64,000 nt of DNA from a virus, in the IMG/VR virus record IMGVR_UViG_3300027704_003324, positions 1 through 64,000 of that record, one strand, 5' to 3'. Position 1 is the first letter of the stretch. Every line of letters begins with the position of its first letter. The position numbers and the translations under genes were made by a program. The notes under the pieces are model-generated. The model saw nothing but the letters and a program-made list of their open reading frames with translations, was not told where the DNA came from and did no database searches. Shown piece after piece: positions 29,666 to 38,030 of the stretch.

Positions 29666-30880
29666 TTACTTAAATGTGTAATTAAATCCGAATGTAGTTT
29701 GATAGAATTTACTATCCCACATCTTAGAGTATTCACCTTCTACGAATATTCCTATATTTTTACCTAACTTAGTTCCTAATGAAGCTCCGAATGAATAATC
29801 TACCCATTGTTCTAATTCATTATCTAATATTAGTCCACCTTTACCCCAATTATTTCTGTTTAAGTAAGATGCTCTTTCATCACCTTTAATGTATTTGTGC
29901 ATTGGAAGTATGTAGTTAGCATAACCATGGAACCAGAAGTCTCTTTTATAATGATAAAAATCTACTCCAATGATTGGTGCCACTTCAACCCATGAATCTA
30001 ATTCATCCCAAGCTTCTCCGTTAAATCGATTCATTAAATTTGGAAATATACTTTCTCTAAAATCTAAATCAGAATAAGCTACTATTTCTCCATCTTGATC
30101 TTTCCAAATCCAATCTTGAGTTTCTTCACCTGTTGTTTGATCTGTATAGGTTGTAAAATGGTCTGAGTAGCCATATTCAAATCCTAAAGTGTACCAAGGA
30201 TTCTTAGAACCTTCAAAGGGGTTGCCATTTTCATCATAATATGTTTCAGTTTCGTTCAACCATATCTCTATTGGATTATATCCATATGCTCTTTGGTGAC
30301 CTCTTGCTATAGCTCCTGCTGATATTGAAAACTTCTTACCTATTGGCAGTCTAGCTCTTACTTCTGCAGAATTAAAGTTAAGGTTTATTTTATCTACTTG
30401 TCTTGATTGAACTTTTACTATATGGTATTTACCTGTATGCTTAAGAAAGAAGTTATGATTAGTAAAATCTTCTCCTCTCCATCTTTCTTTTTCAAAGTGG
30501 AATTGATACTCTAGTCCTATAACTGCTGAGGAAGGAGCTGAAAATGTCAATTGTGATTCAGTACCGTCATAGAAGTTTTTAGGTTTTCTTTCGTATCCAA
30601 ACCTTGCTAGTTTTCTAATACCAAAACCGTATCTAAAATCGTATGGATAGATTGGGGTGTTGTCTACTACATCTGGTATAGAGTAAATGCTTCCGTCAGG
30701 ATTAGTTCTTAGAAAGTAAGTTGGTTCTGCTGCTTCAATGGAATTTGAGATATCACCAGCTGCATATACTGTACCGTATTTAAGAAAGTCTTTATATACA
30801 GAGGTAAAGAAAGAATCTTTATCCTGTGCTAATGCACTACTGGTGATCAGTAATGAAAGAATTAATAGTATGTGTTTCAT
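29666..30880 (-). CDS. putative outer-membrane beta-barrel protein
   Basis: signal peptide MKHILLILSLLITSSALA (start reassigned to 30880), amphipathic beta strands, C-terminal YQTTFGFNYTFK. Confidence 0.65.
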   Translation of the reverse strand: MKHILLILSLLITSSALAQDKDSFFTSVYKDFLKYGTVYAAGDISNSIEAAEPTYFLRTNPDGSIYSIPDVVDNTPIYPYDFRYGFGIRKLARFGYERKPKNFYDGTESQLTFSAPSSAVIGLEYQFHFEKERWRGEDFTNHNFFLKHTGKYHIVKVQSRQVDKINLNFNSAEVRARLPIGKKFSISAGAIARGHQRAYGYNPIEIWLNETETYYDENGNPFEGSKNPWYTLGFEYGYSDHFTTYTDQTTGEETQDWIWKDQDGEIVAYSDLDFRESIFPNLMNRFNGEAWDELDSWVEVAPIIGVDFYHYKRDFWFHGYANYILPMHKYIKGDERASYLNRNNWGKGGLILDNELEQWVDYSFGASLGTKLGKNIGIFVEGEYSKMWDSKFYQTTFGFNYTFK

Positions 30881-30930
30881 ATTATATAGTATTGTATTAT
30901 TATACGTATATAAATAGTAAAGGTAAAACA

Positions 30931-30959
30931 AAAAAGAGACCTTTTCAGGCCTCTCTTTT
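30931..30959. terminator. bidirectional intrinsic terminator
   Basis: imperfect hairpin AAAAAGAGACCTTTTCAGGCCTCTCTTTT with A/T tails on both sides. Confidence 0.6.
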
Positions 30960-30995
30960 CTTCAGTCGTAAATGTCTTCTTGTATACCTGAGTAG

Positions 30996-31217
30996 TTACT
31001 CCAACGCTTTGCCTTTTTTGGGCTGGAATTCGGAGTTGACGTGTCCACAGGCTTTGCAGCTGAAGACGGGGATTGGTATGTATGAAGCTTCGGCTTGGCC
31101 AGTGAGGATACCTGAGACCTTTCTGATTGTAAGGGCTTGTTCGAAGTATATTCCTCCACATTCTTCACATAGGACCGGAACAGTTTGATTAATGTCCACA
31201 TTGATGTTATTCTGCAT
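30996..31217 (-). CDS. Zn-ribbon protein
   Basis: CEECG...FSCKACGHVN. Confidence 0.75.
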   Translation of the reverse strand: MQNNINVDINQTVPVLCEECGGIYFEQALTIRKVSGILTGQAEASYIPIPVFSCKACGHVNSEFQPKKGKALE

Positions 31218-31225
31218 AAAATTAG

Positions 31226-31525
31226 TTATTTTTTAGCCTTAGGTTTTCTACCTCTACGAGGTTTTCCTTGAGCTGCTTCTTTAATGTCCTTGACCTGTGC
31301 TGCTGCTTCTTTTAATTCTGCTGCAACGTCGCCAATCTCCTCTTTCACTCGCCTAGCACGTCTCTTGACTTCCTTAGCTGTGTCTTGTACTTTCTTAGCA
31401 CTATCTTCAACTACATCGGGGATATAATCACCATCGCGGTCTCCTATAATACCTTTTTTCTGGAGTACGATTACAACGGCTGCTGCAATAAGTATAACTC
31501 CTAAGATAATTAAAATTGTGTTCAT
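31226..31525 (-). CDS. membrane-anchored basic coiled-coil protein
   Basis: N-terminal TM, DRDGDYIPD, KPRRGRKPK tail. Confidence 0.7.
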   Translation of the reverse strand: MNTILIILGVILIAAAVVIVLQKKGIIGDRDGDYIPDVVEDSAKKVQDTAKEVKRRARRVKEEIGDVAAELKEAAAQVKDIKEAAQGKPRRGRKPKAKK

Positions 31526-31570
31526 TTCTTTCTAGATTAATTAATGTTAATTTATATATAAATAGCTCTT

Positions 31571-32098
31571 TTACTTTAAAGATACGTAGCTGAGCTTCTT
31601 CTTGTATCTTTTCTCTAAGTTACGTACAATAGTAGATATCTTCTCCGCTTTACTATTCACCACATCTTCTTCCGCTTGTCTACGGGTAATGCCATACCTG
31701 CCAGTAATTGCACTAAAGAGTGAGTCTAGTTTAGTTTGTTCGTCCTTTATATAGTCTGCTTTAAGCCTCTTACGTCTTGCTAGGTTAACTGCTTGATCTT
31801 CTAAGAATCGGCCTTGATCAGGGTGCAGTTCTAGATAACGTTTACGTAGCTTATGCTCAACTAAGTCTATTTCAAATTTAAAAGGACTAATATCAAAATC
31901 TCCATTATCGGCTCTTTGCGATAAAGATGCTCTGCTACTCAACGGCTTAGTTTTTGTAGTATAGCTTCTCCACCACATAAACCTATCGTAGGGTTTAGTA
32001 TAGTAGTTCTTCTTGAAGAATTTAGACAGCCATTCTTCACTTCTTTGCGGCTGATAAGGGCATTGGTCAAATTTATCGTACTCTATTACATCGCTCAT
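31571..32098 (-). CDS. hypothetical protein
   Basis: ORF with promoter at 32104-32136. Confidence 0.65.
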   Translation of the reverse strand: MSDVIEYDKFDQCPYQPQRSEEWLSKFFKKNYYTKPYDRFMWWRSYTTKTKPLSSRASLSQRADNGDFDISPFKFEIDLVEHKLRKRYLELHPDQGRFLEDQAVNLARRKRLKADYIKDEQTKLDSLFSAITGRYGITRRQAEEDVVNSKAEKISTIVRNLEKRYKKKLSYVSLK

Positions 32099-32134
32099 AT
32101 ACCTTAATATACGAAAGTTTATTTAAGTAAGCAA

Positions 32135-32650
32135 CTATATGAAAGATTCTTTTAAGATAAATTTTTGGTAATCTTTAAATACTCTAACAGAAGCTTTATT
32201 CCAAGGTTCAATTATAGCATATAAATACTCATAATTTTCACAGCAGTATTTCATTACATAACTACCAAAGTCCATTGCTGCATCAGCAGGGAGTTTTTGA
32301 TCTAAACATTTATACATTCCTCCTATATAGATACTATTAGGTTTAGGTAATGGTTTAGTATCAATCCAATCATGAGTAAATTCTGAGTTAAGCCAAAACC
32401 AACCACTTAACTCGCCTTTATAGTACTGATACATTACAAATGAACCGTTCTGGAATCTTTCTTTAACTGTTTCTATTGTAGGTCTAGTTGTCCAGAGAGG
32501 AAGTGAATCTTTAATGCTTTTTATTATATGGGCATTAGGAGCTTCTTCATTGTACTTAGAAACTCTATAAATATATTCACTATTATAATTGTAACTCTCA
32601 GCTATTACAATACCTTCTTTTGTAGGCATTTCATATTCTAAATAAGACAT
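32135..32650 (-). CDS. GNAT-like acyltransferase
   Basis: GELSGWFW, IYIGG, AIIEPWNKAS.RVF. Confidence 0.6.
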   Translation of the reverse strand: MSYLEYEMPTKEGIVIAESYNYNSEYIYRVSKYNEEAPNAHIIKSIKDSLPLWTTRPTIETVKERFQNGSFVMYQYYKGELSGWFWLNSEFTHDWIDTKPLPKPNSIYIGGMYKCLDQKLPADAAMDFGSYVMKYCCENYEYLYAIIEPWNKASVRVFKDYQKFILKESFI

Positions 32651-33420
32651 TTTTTCGTATTTTCAAATTGAATTATATCTTTTGCTTTCTTCTGTACGTG
32701 CTTATCAAATTTCCATACTCCGTAATAATGGTCGTATTGTGCTTTACTCTTAGTGTATCCTACATTAATATTATGATTCATAACAATACATCCAAAAAGG
32801 TATTGACATATTACTATAGAAGGGATATATTTAGAGGTTACTAATTTTTCCTTTGGTTCTATTATTTCCAAAAAATATTTTCTAAAAGCTAGGTAATTGT
32901 TTATACATAAGTCTTTAGTTTTTTGGTTATTAAATTTTATTATACCAACATTACAAGCTAATGCTCCATCATGTACATATTCTTTTATAGTATCTCCTAT
33001 AGGATATTTTTTAAATATATTAAGCAAATAAATATAACCAATGTACATAGCTCTTTTAGCATTTAAAGCATTTGCTCTTGTTTCTGGGTATTCAAATATA
33101 ACGTCTTTGTCTCTGTATTCATCAAAAGGTAATTTAGATTTTAAAATTAAGTCTCCATCAATAGTAGCGCAATTAAGATCTTCTCTTTGATGAATGTAAA
33201 TTTTTAAATCATCTGTAAGTACAAACTCTTCTTTTTCTACATTGAAAGAATTATCGTAATGTCCTTTGAGATATTTTAATGTATAGTCGCAACCGTATAG
33301 CTTTATACCGTAGCCTAATTTCTTAGCCCTGATCATAGAAGCTTTGTAAAGCTGCAATACAGGATTAGGGTCTTTATACCCACCCTCCATTTTAGTAGTA
33401 AAGCTCCATATTAGTATCAT
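32638..33420 (-). CDS. DUF6734-like / GT-A-like protein
   Basis: IDGDLIL (DxD), NVGIIKF, Y.HY.G..K; similar layout to 4908-6098. Confidence 0.55.
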   Translation of the reverse strand: MILIWSFTTKMEGGYKDPNPVLQLYKASMIRAKKLGYGIKLYGCDYTLKYLKGHYDNSFNVEKEEFVLTDDLKIYIHQREDLNCATIDGDLILKSKLPFDEYRDKDVIFEYPETRANALNAKRAMYIGYIYLLNIFKKYPIGDTIKEYVHDGALACNVGIIKFNNQKTKDLCINNYLAFRKYFLEIIEPKEKLVTSKYIPSIVICQYLFGCIVMNHNINVGYTKSKAQYDHYYGVWKFDKHVQKKAKDIIQFENTKKCLI

Positions 33421-34001
33421 ATCATTGACCGTTTACCGTTGCGTAATCTTCTTGCTGGGTTTAATTCTGCTTTTGCTTTAGAAGTAAACTCTAATCCCAT
33501 TTCTGAGAATTCATTTTTAGTATCTCCGTAAAATAAAGCTTCATAAGATGTAATAGGTACGTTAACAGATCTAGATAATTTTACTAGTATCTCTTTAAGA
33601 CCCTTTAGTTCTTCTGTGTGTACTTCTGGTGAAGTAGTATAATCCTTATCTTCATAAGGTACCATTATTTCAATTCCGTTCTCATTGCAATATTTCAATC
33701 TAGCATAAGCAATAAGGTGGTCATTAAAATCGAACCTGTCTATTAAAAGAGTTTTATCAAATAAGGATACTAACCTTTTCCAAAATCTAGCTCTCTTAAT
33801 ATCAGAAGTACAATCTAATGGGTACTGTTCTACAGTTAGCTTTATGTTATTATCTTTTTCTAATAAGTCTTCAATCATACTGATAGCATCGTTGCTATGC
33901 TCGAACCTATTATAGAATGGTTCACTAACGTATTTATCTGACACTGCTTTTATAAGGCTTGTTGTACCGGATCTAGGTACTCCTATAACTAATAATTTCA
34001 T
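33417..34001 (-). CDS. sulfotransferase-like protein
   Basis: IGVPRSGTTSL PAPS-binding loop, SEPF, YEAL. Confidence 0.75.
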   Translation of the reverse strand: MKLLVIGVPRSGTTSLIKAVSDKYVSEPFYNRFEHSNDAISMIEDLLEKDNNIKLTVEQYPLDCTSDIKRARFWKRLVSLFDKTLLIDRFDFNDHLIAYARLKYCNENGIEIMVPYEDKDYTTSPEVHTEELKGLKEILVKLSRSVNVPITSYEALFYGDTKNEFSEMGLEFTSKAKAELNPARRLRNGKRSMI

Positions 34002-34690
34002 AATATTCTTTTTGGAATGAGAGTTGACATAAACTCTTTAGCTATAAAAAGATGTCCTTTTACATTAGGGTGTAAGTCTTCTTCTGATATGTTAAGCTTA
34101 TTACTGTATATTATATCAACCCAACCAACTTTACCTTCATTAGATAGAGGTGTCCATAAATTTGTAGAAATAGTAGATGGTGATTCAGATACATTATCAT
34201 TAAACCTTGAATCGTTGTCTGTATTGTTTAACGCTGTAAGGTTCCATAGTATAACTTTAGCTCCTATATTTTTATCTATAAAGTTAACTAAGTTAATTAT
34301 ATTATTTATACATCTATCAGTTTCTACAATTTCCGGAAGGTACTGTGTATCGTAATACCACTGAATGCTTTTCTGTTCTTTAAATGTAAGTTTCTGCTTA
34401 TTACTGTCATCTACAGACAAAAAGAAATCTTGGTCGTTAAACCAAGACTTCCTGCTGTTTGCTCCTATCGGCAATCTTCCTTGACCTGATAGGTTAATAA
34501 TTATAATGTCATTGCTTGTGATTGACGGTAACTGTTCTATTATCGTATGAAGAATGTATAGATTAGTAGCTCCTGCTTTTGCAACGTTAAGTAACGGTTT
34601 GTTTAAAGTTCTTTCAATAATAGAAAACCATTGATTTTGGTGGTGATCCTTAATGATAGCAGAGAACGAGTCTCCAAAAACTTTTAACAT
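33998..34690 (-). CDS. SGNH hydrolase/acyltransferase-like protein
   Basis: FGDSFS, N.A..GATN, DLHPN.KGH. Confidence 0.8.
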   Translation of the reverse strand: MLKVFGDSFSAIIKDHHQNQWFSIIERTLNKPLLNVAKAGATNLYILHTIIEQLPSITSNDIIIINLSGQGRLPIGANSRKSWFNDQDFFLSVDDSNKQKLTFKEQKSIQWYYDTQYLPEIVETDRCINNIINLVNFIDKNIGAKVILWNLTALNNTDNDSRFNDNVSESPSTISTNLWTPLSNEGKVGWVDIIYSNKLNISEEDLHPNVKGHLFIAKEFMSTLIPKRIL

Positions 34691-34717
34691 AACATTTACA
34701 ATAAAATTAGTACTCCT

Positions 34718-34876
34718 TTATGAACTGTGCTTTACTACGATCTGGCTTAGCAATGCTTCAACCGTATTACGGATTGTCAATTGCTCTGCTTCAGTAGCAG
34801 GTACAAATGTTCTAATGTCATTAGTATCTTTTCTTTTATATACTAGTGCTTCTACTTGTTCTTTAGTTAATGCCAT
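34718..34876 (-). CDS. small protein (52 aa, MALTKEQVEALVYKRK...)
   Basis: translated by hand; preferred over the + strand shadow ORF 34653-34946. Confidence 0.6.
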   Translation of the reverse strand: MALTKEQVEALVYKRKDTNDIRTFVPATEAEQLTIRNTVEALLSQIVVKHSS

Positions 34877-34942
34877 ATTATTCTATTTGTTAATTATAGG
34901 TCTTGTAAAAAATCTCTTAAAATATCTCACTTTTGTTAAATT

Positions 34943-36343
34943 CTAAATAAATCCTTTTCTGTTGTGAGTTACGAATGCAAAAGATTGATCTCCAACCAAT
35001 AAGTTATCTACTGACTCTACATCTGCTGTAAAGAAGCTACCTGTTGCTACAGATAACTGTAACATTTCAGCTTTTACAATAGGGATTTTAGATCCATCTA
35101 GAGCTATAAGTGAGTGATGATCTTGATTGATTTCAAATACAGGTGTATACCTAGTTACTCCAACTTCAGTAGATTCATAATTGTGGGCTAATACTGCTGT
35201 ACTACCTCCAATGTAGAAATCTGTATCTGCTGTTTCTATTCTATACAATTCACCGCTAAGGTTTTTATTAGTATATACTGCAGTTTGTACTACTGAAGAT
35301 GTAACTGCTGTTCCTTCTGGCCATTGAGAACCTGTCATATTCCATGATAAGTAAACATCTGGTATATCTGTATCAGGTAAACCTGGCACATAAAAGGTTT
35401 TAAGGGTCTGTCCAACTTTAACGTCGTGAATACCTACTGCTTCTTCTGCTGCAGATGCTGAAGTATATGTTTCGTTTTCAAACATTCCGTCTTTAACATC
35501 TTTTGTTTTCCATGTAGAAGTAGAATACTCCATTCTGTGTTTAAGTCCAAACTTCCAGTTAGATGTTCCATCCCAGTCTAGTCCAGCTGCTGAAGGTATA
35601 TCAAATGTAGCTTGTGTAGTAATGGTACCTAAATCTATATAATTTAATCCACCACCATATGCGATTCCGTAGTTTCTATAAGACTTCATTATACCTGCTG
35701 CAATATCATCAGCATGTGTTTCGTAGCTAGTCATATAATAACTACCTGTTAATTCACTTTTTGCTGTATCCCAGTCTCCTACTTTTCCAAATTCAATAGG
35801 TCCGAATACATCCATCTTAGGTTTGTAAACTACATCTGGAATATTAGCTGCATTTGAAGAACTTACTAACGTAGATGTTACAATTCCTTCGTCTACTGAG
35901 TAGAACGGTACGGCTAATGAACCAGATCCATTCTCTTCAAAAAGAGCTAAAGGATTGATTGCTGACGCTGCATAGTAAGAATCTAAGATTGCATTCTCAT
36001 CATATGCTAAACGTAAAATAAATTTGTTTGCTGCATCTTCTACTGCTGTAGGAAATGAATTGTGTAGAGCTTCGTTTTGTAAAGTTATAGTTGTTATACC
36101 TGAACATCCTGCTGCTACTTTGCTTTTTATATCTTGTACAGCTGCTAAGTGAAGTTCTGCTTTGTATATAATATGTAATGTATTAAAGCCTGCATCTGCA
36201 TTTAAGAAGCTTACTAAAGCTTGCCAATCTGCATCATGTCTTAAGAAGTTACCGTATAACACGGTATCAGTGTTCATTTCAAGAAATTTTAAGTCGCCAT
36301 TTCTATCTTTGACAAAATCGTTTGATATTAGTGTTCCTTTCAT
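34943..36343 (-). CDS. protein with N-terminal ATP-grasp-like motif and C-terminal Hint-like domain
   Basis: DFVKDRNGDLKFLEMNT; IHDVKVGQ (Hint block A-like) and DVESVDNLLV...VTHN (block F/G-like). Confidence 0.55.
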   Translation of the reverse strand: MKGTLISNDFVKDRNGDLKFLEMNTDTVLYGNFLRHDADWQALVSFLNADAGFNTLHIIYKAELHLAAVQDIKSKVAAGCSGITTITLQNEALHNSFPTAVEDAANKFILRLAYDENAILDSYYAASAINPLALFEENGSGSLAVPFYSVDEGIVTSTLVSSSNAANIPDVVYKPKMDVFGPIEFGKVGDWDTAKSELTGSYYMTSYETHADDIAAGIMKSYRNYGIAYGGGLNYIDLGTITTQATFDIPSAAGLDWDGTSNWKFGLKHRMEYSTSTWKTKDVKDGMFENETYTSASAAEEAVGIHDVKVGQTLKTFYVPGLPDTDIPDVYLSWNMTGSQWPEGTAVTSSVVQTAVYTNKNLSGELYRIETADTDFYIGGSTAVLAHNYESTEVGVTRYTPVFEINQDHHSLIALDGSKIPIVKAEMLQLSVATGSFFTADVESVDNLLVGDQSFAFVTHNRKGFI

Positions 36344-36403
36344 AATTTGTTTTATTGTAAATCTACGTTATTAATAAATATCACGTTTTAACCAATTCCA
36401 TTG

Positions 36404-36634
36404 TCAATTTAGCAGTTCATCACAAGCAACTTGTAAACCCAGTAGTAAGGAGGCTCCTCCAAACATTTTTTGTACCTCCGTGGCACGAATTTGCACTGCT
36501 GCTAATTTATTTTGTTTAGCTGCTTCGGCTAATAATCCCATAATCTTATCATCACGGTCTTTCAGGGGTATCCTCTTAGGATCTATCTTCCCTTGCTCTA
36601 CTAGTTCCTGATATTTTTTTATTGAATCTGACAT
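36404..36634 (-). CDS. hypothetical protein
   Basis: 76-aa ORF. Confidence 0.6.
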   Translation of the reverse strand: MSDSIKKYQELVEQGKIDPKRIPLKDRDDKIMGLLAEAAKQNKLAAVQIRATEVQKMFGGASLLLGLQVACDELLN

Positions 36635-36730
36635 AACATTTATTTTTAATTAACTCGGTTAATATATAGATTAATAAGCCCGTAGGATTATTTGATATTT
36701 TTAGTCTAGTGCTTACTCTTAATGCCTTCA

Positions 36731-36892
36731 TTAGTCTTCATCCTGCCAATTATTACGCTTATGCTTTAGCTTACGCTTGTAAAGACTTTCGTCCCCGTGG
36801 CTTTTTTGAATCATCTTTCGTCTTATCAACTGGCTCAACTCTCGTTGCCCGTACTGCTCGTCCCCGACCAGGTTTTTCTTCTTCTTTTTCAT
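36731..36892 (-). CDS. small basic protein (start probably MKKKKKNL)
   Basis: K/R-rich C-terminal part of track ORF 36731-36967. Confidence 0.45.
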   Translation of the reverse strand: MKKKKKNLVGDEQYGQRELSQLIRRKMIQKSHGDESLYKRKLKHKRNNWQDED

Positions 36893-37024
36893 TCCAACTA
36901 TCTTCGAAATAAATAAATTGCGGTTCCATACTTGTATAAATATAAGAACCTTTTGGTTCCGATGCAACTAAAGCACCATGTTTAATGTAATTAATATATG
37001 CCCATATTTGAGCTATAAGTAGTA

Positions 37025-37115
37025 AAAACACGCCCCCCAATGAAGGAGGGGTGAATTTAATTCGCGCGTGTCGACTTCGTCGACGAGAGAGTAATGCTCC
37101 CCCGCCGCCTCCATC
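37025..37115 (-). other. GC-rich multi-hairpin element ending in a terminator-like stem
   Basis: GGGGGAG-CATTA-CTCTCTC, GTCGAC-GAA-GTCGAC, CACCCCTCC-TTCATT-GGGGGGCGTG-TTTTT on the minus strand. Confidence 0.55.
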
Positions 37116-37286
37116 TTACTTGCTTTCCGAAACAGATGCTGCCCTGTAGTCAGTGATTAATTTCTTAATCTCTCCTGCTGCTTTTCTTGCTCTCTGTTGC
37201 GATGCCTTAGTAGAACCACTGTTCTCTTCAGCTAATGTATTGAAGTGACCTTCAATAACTTCGAATAATTCTTGCTTACTTGCCAT
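37116..37286 (-). CDS. Bacteroidota-type histone H1-like (Hc1 family) nucleoid protein, 56 aa
   Basis: translated by hand: MASKQELFEVIEGHFNTLAEENSGSTKASQQRARKAAGEIKKLITDYRAASVSESK (KA...RARK...E..K.....R..S pattern). Confidence 0.75.
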   Translation of the reverse strand: MASKQELFEVIEGHFNTLAEENSGSTKASQQRARKAAGEIKKLITDYRAASVSESK

Positions 37287-37288
37287 AA

Positions 37289-38029
37289 TTAATTTGATTT
37301 AGTGTTTTGACATACGGGTATTGCTACCATCTTATGTCGGTTATTAAAATTAAAACTATAAAAGATTTTTAAGACTTCTTTTTGTCTTTTGTTTAGCTTA
37401 CGTTTATCTCCGCCAAAAGTCATTGCCCATTCTAATTCATCATATGTAGCACCTATTTGGTCTTCGTCTGTTCTACCGTCTTCCCATAAGCCATCTGTAG
37501 GCTGAGCGTTGATGATTTCTAAGAGAATACCTAATTCACAAGCTGCTTCCTTTACTTCTGATTTCATTAGATCAGCAATTGGACTAATATCAACTCCTCC
37601 ATCACCGTATTTGGTGAAGAATCCAATACCAAAGTCCTCTACCTTATTACCGGTACCAACTACTAAGGCGTTAACCTTAGCAGCGGTGTGGTAAAGAGTC
37701 ATCATTCTTAGCCTAGCAGCAGAGTTTGCCGATGCTAAAGCGTCCGGTTCCATGAATAGTCCTTCAAAGCTTTTAAATGTATCCGTTAAATCAAATTCTA
37801 ACGGTGTTACATTCTCATACTTATTGTCTAACCATTCCATATGATCGTCTGCTAAATCCGACGTACCATTAATTGGAAGAGAAACTACATAGGTTGGTAT
37901 ACCTGTCTCAGCACATAGCGTTGATGTTACTGCTGAATCTATTCCTCCTGAGATTCCAATTACGAAGCCTTTATCTTGAGCACCTTTGCTATACTCCTTT
38001 AGCCAATTTATGATGAATTTATATTTCAT
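37289..38029 (-). CDS. nadE: NH3-dependent NAD+ synthetase
   Basis: GISGGIDSAV, ARLRM, GTGNKVE, FFTKYGDG, PTDGL, TDE.QIG.TY. Confidence 0.95.
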   Translation of the reverse strand: MKYKFIINWLKEYSKGAQDKGFVIGISGGIDSAVTSTLCAETGIPTYVVSLPINGTSDLADDHMEWLDNKYENVTPLEFDLTDTFKSFEGLFMEPDALASANSAARLRMMTLYHTAAKVNALVVGTGNKVEDFGIGFFTKYGDGGVDISPIADLMKSEVKEAACELGILLEIINAQPTDGLWEDGRTDEDQIGATYDELEWAMTFGGDKRKLNKRQKEVLKIFYSFNFNNRHKMVAIPVCQNTKSN

Positions 38030-38030
38030 A

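Noticed and set aside
37096-37113. CTCCCCCGCCGCCTCCA on the + strand resembling a tmRNA/tRNA 3' end (attP)
   Set aside because: No T-loop (TTCRA) precedes it and no integrase is in the window. The match is too short to support.
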